Source: Leucoraja ocellata
Lineage: Eukaryota
Assembly: GCA_036785375.1 (NCBI GenBank)
Contig: JAWMAR010000351.1
Coordinates: 930,001 to 994,000 of the forward strand
Reading direction: 5' to 3'
DNA length: 64,000 bases
Shown here: positions 12,731 through 24,990 of the stretch, piece by piece
Layout: every line of letters begins with the position of its first letter
Position numbering within the stretch: the first letter of the stretch is position 1
Made by a program: the position numbers and the translations under genes
The notes under the pieces: generated by a model
Told to the model about the DNA's origin: nothing
The model's input: the letters and a program-made list of their open reading frames with translations, nothing else
The model's database searches: none

Positions 12731-12769
12731 CTTAACAACCACAGGAGCAGATGATAGAACAGATTGTTC
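12731..12769 (-). CDS. SPTAN1: SPTAN1 exon 27 (39 nt), predicted, at the position of the calpain-site exon
   Basis: ttccttttttcttatttcag|EQSVLSSAPVVVK|gtaaga; phase 0/0, no stop, very strong splice sites; little similarity to human EVYGMMPR. Confidence 0.78.
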
Positions 12770-13219
12770 CTGAAATAAGAAAAAGGAACAGAAAAGTCAC
12801 AAATATGTAACTGGCTCAAGACTCCAAATCTCCATCCAATAGACCGATCTGAGGGTGATCAATATATTTAATTTAAACCCCATGATTAAGATGGCTTATC
12901 AGTGTTGAAGCTTCCTTCTCAATTGGAGTCCAGGGATTTCACGAAAGACACAAATGGTAGCAAAACAGAAAACGTGAATTCCAATTAAAACAAAGTTTCG
13001 AACAGGAAACAAAGAATAATATTTCTTGCTATATTGCGCACCACTGATCAGGGCAATTGGGAGGTGCACTAAAATTGATTAAACCAGAGGAAGTGAAGGA
13101 CCAAATTTGGAATTAGTAGGGAATACAGATCAATGCTTGGGCTGTTATTTATATAGCCAAAATGAATTCAAGACGAAAATTCAAGACTGATCACCAAGCT
13201 TGCCGATGACACCAGTAAG

Positions 13220-13600
13220 AGGGTCAGCACAGTGCTGGTGAAATATAGAAAGTCTCGGAGTGTTTTGAAGCTCAAATCTAATCACATACTTAAAATTAAA
13301 GATCTCAAGAAAACAGAGATTATATGGTATAAATGTAAATCATTTGGTGTACATATAGTGGCTGGTGTACATATAGCTGCTAAATTTGTATAAGATAATT
13401 ACAAGCAGTTGAATCAGGGGGGGAATTAATAAGCTTTGGCTTCTTCCTGCTCCTTTTCAGACACATACGATTTCACTTAATTATAAATATTGTTTATGAC
13501 ACTTTATAAATATTCTTGTTTTGTTTTTTTGTATGCTGTTTCACATTTGCTTTTTATTCTTTTATTCTGTTCCAAATAAATAATAAAATAATTAATTAAT
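13220..13600 (+). mobile_element. LINE 3' end fragment (L2/Crack-like) with AATAAA-rich tail
   Basis: ataagctttggcttcttcctgctcctttt stem region, T-rich UTR, aaataaataataaa tail. Confidence 0.5.
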
Positions 13601-13619
13601 TAATAAGGTGAAATTACAA

Positions 13620-15200
13620 AGTTCAGCTTGTCCTAAACATAAATAGATAAAATGGTAGTAGCACGTGGGCAGTAGATCAGCAAAAGCATTTCATAAATCT
13701 CCAAGGATATTACAGTGAGAATGAAAGACTTTACAAGAAGAATGCATTATCTATGGCTAACTAAGCGAGTTGGGGTTGACATCAAATTAAAAGCATACCC
13801 TTTTGTAAAGAGAAGTGGGAAATTTTCAGAAAAGATCACTAAATTTACAGGAGAGAGAAAATAGAAGGAGAATAAACTAGCAAATAATAGTATATCAATG
13901 CAGTTGGTTCACCAGCTATTAAAAAAAGATGGTTGGTAAAATTAACATTGGGTCATTGGAGGACAATATTAGAGAATTAATAATGGAAAAGAGAAATGGC
14001 AGAAATTCAGATTTATTTTAGGCCTGTCTTTACAGCAGAAGACACAAATATTTCTAATAATAATAATAATAATAAATCAGTCTGAAGAAGTGTCCTGACC
14101 CAAAGCATCACCTATCCATGTTCTCGTGAGATACTGCCTGACCTGCTGAGTTATTCCAGCATTTTGTATCTATTTATCACTAGAAGAGGAGCACTGGGCA
14201 ATCTAACAAGTCCTCGGAACAGAATTAGGCCATTCAGCTCATCGAGTCTACATCACCTTTCAATCATGGCTGATCTATCTTTCCCTCTAAACCCTATTCT
14301 CCTGACTTCTCTCCATAACTTTTGACACCCTTACTAATCAAGAACCTGTCAATATCCACTTTAAAAAGATTAAAGATGACAAGTTCCCTGAATCTGATTG
14401 GCTGCATCCTAGGGTCCTAAAGTGGCTGTTCCGGTTGCAAATGTACCAAATCTTTCCATATAGAATCCCAGATAACTGGATAAAACACAAATGTAATTCC
14501 CATATTCAAGAATGAAACAAAGCAGGAAATAGCAGGCAGTTAGTATAACATCTATAATTGGGTAAATATCCATTCTCATGGAGGTTCACGGGACATTTAG
14601 AAAATCCTAAGACTTTCAAGTAGTAAACATTGAATGAGAAATCAGGTTTGATAAATCTGCTTGGGTTACTTGAGAATGTAACAAACAGAATGATGGAGGG
14701 GTATCAGTAGTATACCTGGATTTCCAGTAAGTTCTAGACAATGCCAAATAAAAGATTATTGCACAATAGAGCATGGAGTTGGAGCAATATACTGGCATGG
14801 ACAAGGAAATGGCCAGAAAACAAATCAGGATGACAGGGTCATTTTCAGAGTAGTAGTCAGTAACTAGTGAGCTGCCGCCACAGGATCAGGGCTGAGGCCA
14901 CAACTATAACAATCTATATTAATAACTTAAAGGGACAGAGTGAAGTTTAGCCACATTTGCTGATGACACAAGGATAGTTGAATTAGTAAATTACTAGGGA
15001 TTAAAAGAGTCACTTAGGAACAAAAATTGAATAATTGAGTTGTGGAGGCAGACTCGCCAAATTCATTCTAGGTGGAGACCGACGACTATTGAACTTATGC
15101 AGAGAAATTAGTGATGTTAAGGCTAAAGTTGGATCAGCCATGATCAGATTGAAATTGAGCAGCAGGCTCAAGGCCCCACTCCTGTTCATGTTTTTATGTT
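13620..15200 (+). mobile_element. Long decayed CR1 LINE with nested insertions
   Basis: Decayed motifs tatacctggatttccag (YLDFQ), tttgctgatgacaca (FADDT), tail gatcagccatgatc..actcctgttc; nested Penelope-like repeat (~14078-14172) and antisense CR1 tail (~14215-14360). Confidence 0.7.
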
Positions 15201-15412
15201 CAACATGCTAAGTAACAAGACTCAAATGAACAAACAAGGCAAAATAAACCAAAAGGAACTGCTGTACAAAATAGCAGAGTTATCAAGGAGCACTGCCTAG
15301 ACATCCAAATGAAAATCCCCAATTTTAGCAAGTAATGTTGAGTTTGTGTATAGTACTGATCTGGCTTGGCATTGAATTATTACTGAGATGATGTGGATGA
15401 ATGTTACGTTAC

Positions 15413-15511
15413 CTGAGCTACTTGTACTTCTTCAACCATCAGACCCTCTGACTCCAAATCATTTGCCACCTTGTTAATATCTTGCAAGCGAGATTCATTG
15501 GCTTTCAAATC
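15413..15511 (-). CDS. SPTAN1: SPTAN1 exon 26 (99 nt)
   Basis: DLKANESRLQDINKVANDLESEGLMVEEVQVAQ; aag/gtaacg. Confidence 0.95.
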
Positions 15512-15804
15512 CTTAAAAATAAATCGGCTAAATTAACAATTTAATCGATTTGAACATTTTTATGCACTATGAACATTAATATTGCCACAAGCGCTGGATG
15601 GTGAAAAAATATTTAAAATAAAACTCAAGATTTCAAAATGTAAATTTGTTTGCAGTAAAACAAATACAATTTGACACAAACCCTTAACTATTAATGTTAT
15701 TAAGTAATCAAATATGCAAGAACTATGGTATTCACATCTGGGTTACGAGTTGAAGGTTTCACTTTCTCCCCCACCCATCAGAATAATTTAGAAATAGTGC
15801 TTAC

Positions 15805-16003
15805 TTTCTGGAAGTCATCAAATTTCTTCTGCAGTACTTCCACTTGTTCTAGGTCAGTCCCCACCTCTTCACTGGTCAATGCTGTCTCCTTTTCGTTTAT
15901 CCACTGCTGCAGTTCATTGGCCTCACGGAAAAGCATGAACTTTTTGCAGCTCTTTTCCAGCATATCCTTGCGCTTCGTGCCCAGTTCCAGAATCGACTGG
16001 TAT
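15805..16003 (-). CDS. SPTAN1: SPTAN1 exon 25 (199 nt)
   Basis: YQSILELGTKRKDMLEKSCKKFMLFREANELQQWINEKETALTSEEVGTDLEQVEVLQKKFDDFQK. Confidence 0.96.
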
Positions 16004-16280
16004 CTGTAGAAAGGATGAAAAGCAAAAAGTACTCAACAGTAATCTCTACCAATTAAAAGGAAGGCTATGACAATACAAACTACAACTATCACAATATAGA
16101 ATTGTCCATATCATTAGAGAAACCAGAAAAAAACAAATACAAAATGTCTGATGATTAAAAGAATAAAAACCTGATGACTGATTAACAATTGCATTTATTG
16201 ATATAAATTGAAGCAACATTGCACTTAGGATACGAGCGATAATGTATACTTAGAGAACCAATTTCAGCTTTCTATTAAGA

Positions 16281-16394
16281 AAGGATACAAAGTGCTGGAG
16301 TAATTTAGGTCAGGCAGCATCTCTGGAGAACACGGATCGATGGCATTTCAGGTCAAGGCCCCTCTTCAAAACCGATCCGACCCGAAATATCACT
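16281..16394. mobile_element. Penelope-like short repeat, two degenerate copies in opposite orientation
   Basis: acaaagtgctggagta..caggcagcatctctggag..tttcaggtcaaggcccctcttca followed by gacccgaaatatcac. Confidence 0.65.
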
Positions 16395-16611
16395 AAATTG
16401 ATCTGAGGAGTACTTCCAAATTTTGGAATACATTTGGCCTCATTTCACATTGCCCATTCACTTTACCTCACACTATTACTTCAGATGCATCCTCCAATCC
16501 TGAGCGTATACTTAAATCATTTGTTTTGAAAATGCCAAAAGTCTTCTTTATCAAAAAATCAAAAGGTTCAACTAAGTAGATATTTTTAGAATCGTAATTG
16601 AGGTGGTCTAA

Positions 16612-16813
16612 AGGGCCCGCCCACTTTCACAACCTCTGCCGTTTGCCCTTGACTCATACTCGCAGCATGGTCCTCACGAGGTCGTAGGTCGTAGCAGGCC
16701 GTGATGCTAGTTCAAGTAGGCATCAAGTAGGTCGGGGCATTTTTCTAGCCCGACGAAAAATGTCCACGAGTAAAAAAGGTTGTGAATTAGGTTGTGAAAG
16801 TGGGACAAGCCCT
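16612..16813. mobile_element. PIF/Harbinger-type MITE
   Basis: TIRs agggcccgcccactttcacaacct / aggttgtgaaagtgggacaagccct; TAA on both flanks (16609-11, 16814-16). Confidence 0.82.
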
Positions 16814-16849
16814 TAAGGATTTCAGCAATGAATCGGTCTTAAATGAGTT

Positions 16850-17188
16850 GGGGGCACTGTAGCGCAGCTGCCAGAGCTGCTGCCTCATGGCGCCAGAGTC
16901 CCAGGTGGACTTTGCACGTTCTCCATGTGACCATTTGGGCTTCATCCAGGTGCTCCGATTCCTGGTTCTTGGTTCCTTGCTCCTCCAAAATATTCCAAAT
17001 TGAATTTCTCTCACATCCCAAGGACGTGCGGGTTTGTAGGTTAATTGGCCTCTAAATATTGTCCCTAGCGTGCAGGGTGTAGATAAGAAAATGGGATAAC
17101 ATCGAACTAGCGTGAATGGGTGATGGTCAACGAGGATTCATTGTGCCGAAGCGCCTGTTTCCATACTGCATCTCCAGACTAAATTAAA
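16850..17188 (+). mobile_element. V-SINE (HE1-like)
   Basis: gggggcactgtagcgcagct head, V-domain ggactttgcacgttctccatgtgacc, CR1-like tail gcctgtttccatactgcatctcc. Confidence 0.85.
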
Positions 17189-18479
17189 ATCCTCCAAGCT
17201 GCCTGTATTACATTAAATCAGAATTTCACAACACAAAGAGTAAGCTATTTGACACAGTGAATCTACCACCTCCAATTAAAACAATTCCACCAGTCCCACT
17301 CCTCCTCTTTCCATTATTTAATTCTCCCTCAATTATCTATCCAGTTATTTATCCAATTCTTTCTGAACGCATGAATGGATTCAGCATCAATAGTTTCCAC
17401 CACCATTACTGACTGCAAATTTCCTTTAACAATGAAAAAACATTTTGCAGTTCACAAGTATCAGTTAAACTTGTAGAAACAGGGCCTTAAATTTATTTGA
17501 GTGAAATAAGTGGACAGTGGATTTATCCCCTCATGCGGATAAAAATTCCATTTCATGCGGATAAAAATTATTTTTTACTTCTCTTAAACATTGCATTTTT
17601 GGATTTATATTTGATAACTGGCGAGAACCAAACTCAAAATTATTTTGAAATGACAAGAAAATAGCATGGTCACTGGATGCATTTAGACGTGATTTTATAT
17701 GTACACAATTGTCAGGATTCAAATTAATTTGTTATTTTTCATTGGGATCCCAGTACAAAAATAAATCCTAGTTCAACTAGTTTAGTTAATGCATTTACCT
17801 AGAATAAAATTCAGGGATTTAGGTAGATGAACTAAAATTCTCCATCCCAAATTATCAACACACATTGTTTGCTCAATAGTTTTGTTAAGAATTTATCAAA
17901 TTTGGTTTTCATTTCCAGACAGCGTATCATATTAGCTTTTACTCACCAAGATATGTAAACATTTACCTCATCTCACTAAGCCGACTGTCAAAAACATCAA
18001 AATAACCAGCAATTTTGTGGTTATTTTGCAACCCCCCCCCCCTCCGCACAATGAAGATAACAAACCATTCAATCACTTCAATTTATATTGTTAATTCAAG
18101 TAACCTAACCAGAAGGATGTGCTATCTACAGCATTGGCTGGAAATAAACATATGAACAATTTTAAAAGCCATGCATCTAAAATAATGAATAATTCATCCA
18201 GTGTCCATAAGGTGGTAGATTCACTGTCAAATAGCTCACTCTTTGATGAATTTCACTCTCATCAGTTGACAAGGAGAACAAACATAACTCATCCACTATA
18301 GCTTGAGCTGTAATGTGGTGAGTACATAGGTATCCCAATTCAAAGCAATTCCATCTTTAAGCTAGCATGATATTAAAAAAAGATTCATCCAGTGTCCATA
18401 AACACTTGTAAAAATGCAGTCCAATAGTGAATGGAAATGCACAGATCACATCTAGTGAGGATCAGCCAAGCCTACTCAC

Positions 18480-18539
18480 AATTCTTCCACCTGCTTCATA
18501 CGGAGCACAACGCTGCCAACCTCCTTAGCTAGCAGAGCC
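18480..18539 (-). CDS. SPTAN1: SPTAN1 exon 24, 60-nt alternative SH3-adjacent insert
   Basis: ALLAKEVGSVVLRMKQVEEL (human TRITKEAGSVSLRMKQVEEL); phase 2/2; cag/gtgagt. Confidence 0.93.
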
Positions 18540-19209
18540 CTGGACAGACAAAGGGAGCAGAGTACAGCATGCATCATTAGTGGATTAATGAATTAAAAGC
18601 AGCTGTTGAAGAAAGGAAAATTAGTAGTACATGGTGAGGATCAGTAAGGATCAAGGAAAGACTCTGGATCAATAGGTGCAGCAGACAGCAATAGATGATG
18701 ACTGAGGTTTGATGAGCCACAAGCAACTGAACTGGCTGGTAAAAACAGTTCTCCTTCAGGAATCTGTAAAGAAACCATTAAAGACTCGTGCAAATTGCGT
18801 CGAGGATTAATAATTTACCTCACTCCAAACTGCTAAACTATTACCAGTTGCCAGACACGGTCAAATTAACCAACTATGTTTAGCCTGCATACCTGGGAAA
18901 GCCATAAATATATTGTGCAGAAGTGAAAGTTAGAAATCAATGCAATCAGAATATGTGCACAGAAATCAGAACCTTTACAGCACAAGATGAGACATCAGCC
19001 CTTTGTCCATGAACCAGATTTCTGTATAGGCCTACACTTGTCAAACATACATATTTATTGAATATTAATTCATCCTTTCACTCTTATTATTATTGTAATT
19101 TATCGAAGTCGGGAAGAAAAGGAAAAGATTGAAGGAAAAAGAAAAATGTTTTAATCAATCCAGCACCAAATGGGACCATTTAGCTCAACATTTTTTTTTA
19201 AAGAGCCAT

Positions 19210-19920
19210 CCCTTTACATAGAACGCAGGAACAGGCATCTTGGCCCACAATATATGTGCTGATGATATCAAATTAAACTCCTCTTCCTGCATGTGATTCA
19301 CATCCCTCCATATCCAAGTGCTGATCTAAACACCTTTTAAATGCCATTATCATATATGCCTCCACTGCCAGGCATATGTTCCAGGCACGCATTATGCAAA
19401 GAACTTGCACTGATTATCTCCTTTAAATATTCCCCTTCTGACTTTAAAGCTATCCCTCACATCTTTGATATTGGCAGCAGGAGAAAACGGTTGTGACAGT
19501 CTATCCCGGCTAAGCCTCTCATAATTTTTTTAATGCTTTTATCAGGTATTCACCCAACCTCCGACACTCCAGAGAAAACAATCCAAGTTTGCCCAATCCC
19601 TCCTTAAAGCTAATACCCTCTAAACCAGGCAGCATTATGTGGTGAGCAGAACTGCAATGTGGTGTAATGTGGTGAGCAGAACTGCACATAATACTTCGGC
19701 CGAACCAAAGTTTTATAAAGCTGCATGACTCCCTAACTATATGCCCCCAACTGATTAAGGCAAGCATACATTGTCTTTACCACTATCTACTTGTGTCGTA
19801 ACTTTCAGAGAGCCATGGACTTAGAACTCCAGGATACCTCTGTACATCAATGCTGTTAATGATCTTGCTATTAACTCTTTACTTTACCCTTACAGTCGAC
19901 CTCTCAAAGTGCAACACATT
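19210..19920 (-). mobile_element. CR1 LINE 3' fragment
   Basis: Decayed ORF2 C-terminus (LPGLEGISFKEGLGKLGLFSLECRRL) and CR1 tail. Confidence 0.8.
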
Positions 19921-20184
19921 CCATAAGTACCATTCTTCTGCTCTTTCCCCAAGGTCCTGCACAATTTTCATACTAGCCCCAGCACTCAAAATTTGCCATT
20001 CTCAACCAATTAACCCCTGAAGGAAAAAATAAACAAGATCGCTATTAACAAAGGTCTGGGGTGTCATCCAACACAAAATGGAAATACTGAATCTAACCAC
20101 TAAAAAATGCATAGTGCTCTTTAATGAATTAATACTTCTGCAAAATTCTATGCCTGGTGATACATTAGCAAATTTAGTTACTTA

Positions 20185-20427
<243 letters not shown>

Positions 20428-20739
20428 TTATTACAAAATAATGTGAAAAATCCATGACTGTTCCATGTGTTTTGTTTTTCGTTCTACAACTGCATGTCTA
20501 AAGAACTGTATCCACTGTAACTGACCAATGAGCTACATTTCCAAAGACAAAATAGATATTATTTTCTATGTTCTATCCAATATCAACTGATAATGCAATG
20601 AAATGTTTCACCCAGAAAACAGAAGCATACTCCCTAGATAATTAAAGATGAAGAAATTAAAATGACTTACGGCACTAACATAAGCAAAACAAAAAACCAG
20701 CACACATTTTTTACGCCTTCACAATCTGTCCTGGCATTA

Positions 20740-20898
<159 letters not shown>

Positions 20899-21049
20899 TT
20901 AGAGACCTGTTAAATCAACCACCGGGCACATATTTATTTACAACTGAAGTAAATTAATGGCTAAAAGTTGTAAGCTTCACCAATTTTCTTTAATTATAGT
21001 TTCAGTATAGAAAATTTGTCAACGTGGTTATAAGTTTAGAATTCCTTAC

Positions 21050-21142
21050 ACGACAGCCTTGAGCCTGTTCCTTCAATGCTTGAATGCTGCTTCCATATGC
21101 AATTAGATCAGACATCAGAGCTTCATGCTTCTTCAATAAGGC
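21050..21142 (-). CDS. SPTAN1: SPTAN1 exon 21 (93 nt)
   Basis: ALLKKHEALMSDLIAYGSSIQALKEQAQGCR. Confidence 0.95.
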
Positions 21143-21722
21143 CTGGAAAAAATGTTGATTTTTATTGTACCATCAAATAAAATTCAGTGCATGAACAACT
21201 GCAACAAACAGCATAAAGTCAGAGGATGACATTCACCCACTTTATCCAGCATTCACAAAACTTCAAAGTCTAATTCTCAAATACAACATTAGCTCCTCTA
21301 TGCAGAGGGCAATGTGAAGGGCTCAAAAAGGTGTCAACTCAGTTACGAAGTAAAGAATGGACAGATTCCCTATTCCCGATCTGTATCCAGAAATTTTGAG
21401 GCATCCTGTGCCATTTGGTTAATAAGTTTCAGATTCAACGTAATGCTATCTGAACCTGCATCAAGTGTCAAGCACAACTTCATCTGAGTTAAGCACTAAT
21501 CTCCTTGGAAGTAAATTTCAGCAGGCACAATTTTGATTTTGGATGATAGTGTAAACCTAGTGTTTATGGATAAGTTATCTCTTCCACTTTTAATTTCCCA
21601 TTTCTTCAAGCAGAGCCCCTTTCCATCCTGCAAGCAGCATATATTCCACTCCATGCTTCCCAGCTCCAATGACCTATGGAGCTTGCATAGTAAACTATAT
21701 TTGCAGAAACAAAGAACCATAC

Positions 21723-21940
21723 CTCAGCAGAATCTTCATCTTTTCCATAGTCGATGCTGCCAACAACTGGTTCTTTCTCCCTCATCCAAGACTCTGCCTC
21801 ATTAGCATCAGCAAAGTATTGCTGAGCCTGTAGCGAATCTTCCAAATCCTGACGCCTCTGTGCAGCCTTGGCTTTCAAGGAATCCCATTTTTGATTCAGG
21901 TCATTTAGCTTGGTGTTTACCTCTTCACTCGCAAAGTGAC
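21723..21940 (-). CDS. SPTAN1: SPTAN1 exon 20 (218 nt)
   Basis: HFASEEVNTKLNDLNQKWDSLKAKAAQRRQDLEDSLQAQQYFADANEAESWMREKEPVVGSIDYGKDEDSAE. Confidence 0.96.
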
Positions 21941-23017
21941 CTGAAAAAAAATTAAATAGATTTTGTTGAAATGAAAAATGACTCTCATCTTTGGTGTGCC
22001 AACTTGGATTTAAATTGCCTGTCCCTCATGTGAATCTCATCTCATTTACCATCTTTACCTTGTCCTGAACAACTTTCACTACGGACAATCTAAAGAGAAA
22101 ACATCAAGAACACGTTAAGGTTGGCACTCAAGATCACTCAATTCTCTAAACATGGCACTCTTGTAACTAAGGAATCTCATAACTTGTATTCAATCCATTT
22201 TTCTTTTCCTTGTTCAGTTATACATCCACTAATTAAAATATGAGTATTGGCATAAAGAGCAAATCCATAATATATAGCACAATATAGAATGGATGTAGTC
22301 TGGAGCATTCTCCAATTTTGGCTGCAACACCATTGAGGTTTCCACAGGCTTGGATTCAATAGTAAATTGTCATTTTTAACAAGCTTGAATAAAGTAATTC
22401 TATTTAGTATTTTTAATCCCTAAAATGGGCATATCAGGAGCCATTAATTTTCCCTGTGCCATGGACATAATTACCAGTAGCTCTTTAAAAAATGCTACGT
22501 TGCATTCCTTTGTTTCACATTCTTCCCTCCTGACATTTAAATGACGTGTCACTTCCATATATCACCTTTCTTTTCCACATTTTCCACCTTAATTTTGCCT
22601 TCACTTTACTACTAACAGTGTGTGAAACACCTCTTTAGAAAAGGAAGCTTTTATTTAAGGATCTTTCCTACTTTACTCTACATAGGACGTAATTTAGCAT
22701 TGCCAGTTACAAACTGTCCTATCACATCAGTCCATTTCCCCTTCTCACTTCTCGATAGATCTGAATAAACTTTATCCTTAACATGTCCAGCCCTTTAGTT
22801 GTTTTAGCCAACTTCCCAAGGGATATTTACAGAACGAGATGTGGGAAGAAACCATAGTATGGGGATAACATACAAATGCATATGTCAGCACCCCAGGCCA
22901 TGGCTGAACCCAGATCCTAAGAGCAGTGAAGCAGCAACACCAACAGCGGCATTATCATGTTGCCCTTGATACTGGAATAGACTTGGGTGTAAAGTGCACC
23001 AATGAGATAGAAAGCCA

Positions 23018-23085
23018 AGGTAGATACAAAATGCTGGAGCAACTCAGCGGGCGGGACAGGCAGCATCTCTGGAGAGAAGGAATGA
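23018..23085 (-). mobile_element. Penelope-like short repeat fragment
   Basis: gatacaaaatgctggagcaactcagcgg..acaggcagcatctctggagagaaggaatg, same family as the 46.9 and 57.4 kb copies. Confidence 0.75.
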
Positions 23086-23313
23086 GATAGAATGCCACAC
23101 TGGCTCTTCATTATCTTAAACCCCCCTCCCCGCCAGAGCACAACTTGAATCCATCATACTGCCATTTTATAAATATGCACAATTCAAGTTAATTGTATCA
23201 TCTGCAGAATCAGGAGATTAAAATCAGCATTCTTGGACTTCCACAAATTTATTGTCACCAAACCTGCACATAAAAAGCAATGACAGAATTGTTATGCTTT
23301 TAACAACACCTAC

Positions 23314-23436
23314 CGTCTTCAATCATGGCTTGGCCTTTCTGAGCCACTGCTTTAATACGTGGTTCATGACCAGAAATCTCAGCCTGGAGCGCCTGGTGCT
23401 TTTTAAGCAAGTTCTGTACGCCAATCAAATCCTTTC
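23314..23436 (-). CDS. SPTAN1: SPTAN1 exon 19 (123 nt)
   Basis: KDLIGVQNLLKKHQALQAEISGHEPRIKAVAQKGQAMIED. Confidence 0.95.
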
Positions 23437-24374
23437 CTGAAACACAGGGTTTAAAATCTGAGCATCAATCATCCTCCCAAAGAATGCTTGTTAAAATCTA
23501 TAAACAGCAAGTTTTATCAAGTCTAATGTTTGGAAAGCTATCTAAACGCATGCAAGGTTCCAACATTTGAAGCAAGCAGTCTCATTGGCAGAGGAATTCT
23601 TCAAATCTTTCCGAGGACTGCCTCGACACATTGGCTAATAAGACCAGGTTAATCTAGTCAATGCCAAAACATAATTACCTCCAATGGTGGTGGTGGCCTT
23701 GGAAGAGGAGGTGGGATGAGGTTACTACCATCTTAGGTGGCAGGAGGTTACTACCATCTTAGATACAAACCTTCTTTAATTCAGAAGCACCAAGGCCAGG
23801 ATTAGGCAAGACAACATGGCATATTAGGCATGCTTGCAAGGAACCAAAAGAGAGCATCACAATGTTATTTAGGTCTACATATAAGATCAAAATTAACACT
23901 GCAAAGATTTATTAAAAAGTATTTGTTCACAAGATGTGAACATCGCGAGCAATACAGGGATTTATTACTCATTCCCAATGGCCACTGACCCGAAGAGGCA
24001 GTTAAGGGTCAATCACAGTGCATCTGGAATCACTTACATCCAGTTAGAAAGCCACCACCCTTCCCTAAAGGACAATGTTGAGCCAGATGTTTTATTTAAT
24101 GTCAATCTGCTTACTGTTACTAGACATTTTTTAAATTTCAGATGTGTTACTTATGTTCCCAGTCTGCATTGTGCGATTCAAACATGTCTTGACATGGGTG
24201 GTGTTCAATTAATAGAAAGATCTAATTGATGGGAGGAAATTGGCTCAGAAGGCCGAATACCAGCATCTGCAGTTCTGTGTATGTTTCCTGAAACTCCTCT
24301 TTCTGTTTTGAACAATCATATTCACAGAGGAAATAAGTATGCCAACATTCTGTAACATGCCAAATCAGCCTAAC

Positions 24375-24618
24375 CTCTATTTGTGGAAGCAGCAATGGGC
24401 TCCTTTTCTCGAATCCATGTTTCTTCATCTTCAATATCACGGAAAAGTTGTTGAAGTCGGAGAGAATCAGCAAGTTTCTGTTTTCGGGACACCATTGGGT
24501 CTTTCAATGCCTCATAACGACTAACTAAAGTTTCTTGCTTTTTCTTGATGTTATCAGCATCAAAATGTCCTGCTTCCTGGAACTGCCGGGCTTGGATATT
24601 AATCCCATCAATACGGTC
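24375..24618 (-). CDS. SPTAN1: SPTAN1 exon 18 (244 nt)
   Basis: DRIDGINIQARQFQEAGHFDADNIKKKQETLVSRYEALKDPMVSRKQKLADSLRLQQLFRDIEDEETWIREKEPIAASTNR. Confidence 0.96.
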
Positions 24619-24719
24619 CTTCAAGCAAAACAAAGCAAATAAAATTGGTTTTATTCTTGCATTAAGCACCATCTACAATGAAAGTATTTGTAGAAAAGAT
24701 TAATGAGTGGTATTACTAA

Positions 24720-24990
24720 GTTCCCCGCCCCTCCACCACGGGTACCATGTAATCCCGTGCTACATGCTCCATGGTCGGCGACTAAACCGTCTTCCCCACC
24801 TGGTTTGCCAGGTGAGGAGGAGGCTGTGGACCTCGACAGGACCAAAAACAAGACCTGTCAAAGGGAGGATGAGCTCCTAGCAAGCCAACGGCCATCCATA
24901 CTTCAGTAGAAGTTGCAATCGCTGTCGTACATAGCATTGTAAGGCACCCTGCCCGTTGACATTTTCAACGATGATGATGGTGATGACGAC
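24720..24990 (+). mobile_element. GC-rich SINE-like element with (GAT)n tail, possibly RTE-related
   Basis: Sharp GC-rich island with several hairpins, ending in gatgatgatggtgatgacgac; actaa on both flanks. Confidence 0.55.

Noticed and set aside
18695-18705. ATGATGA/CTGA as C/D snoRNA boxes (also ATGATGA at ~49336)
   Set aside because: Antisense to the host gene, wrong box spacing, no terminal stem
24735-24790. Definite HDV-like ribozyme
   Set aside because: P1' followed by GG, P4 and P2' could not be placed in the required order; kept only as a structured repeat
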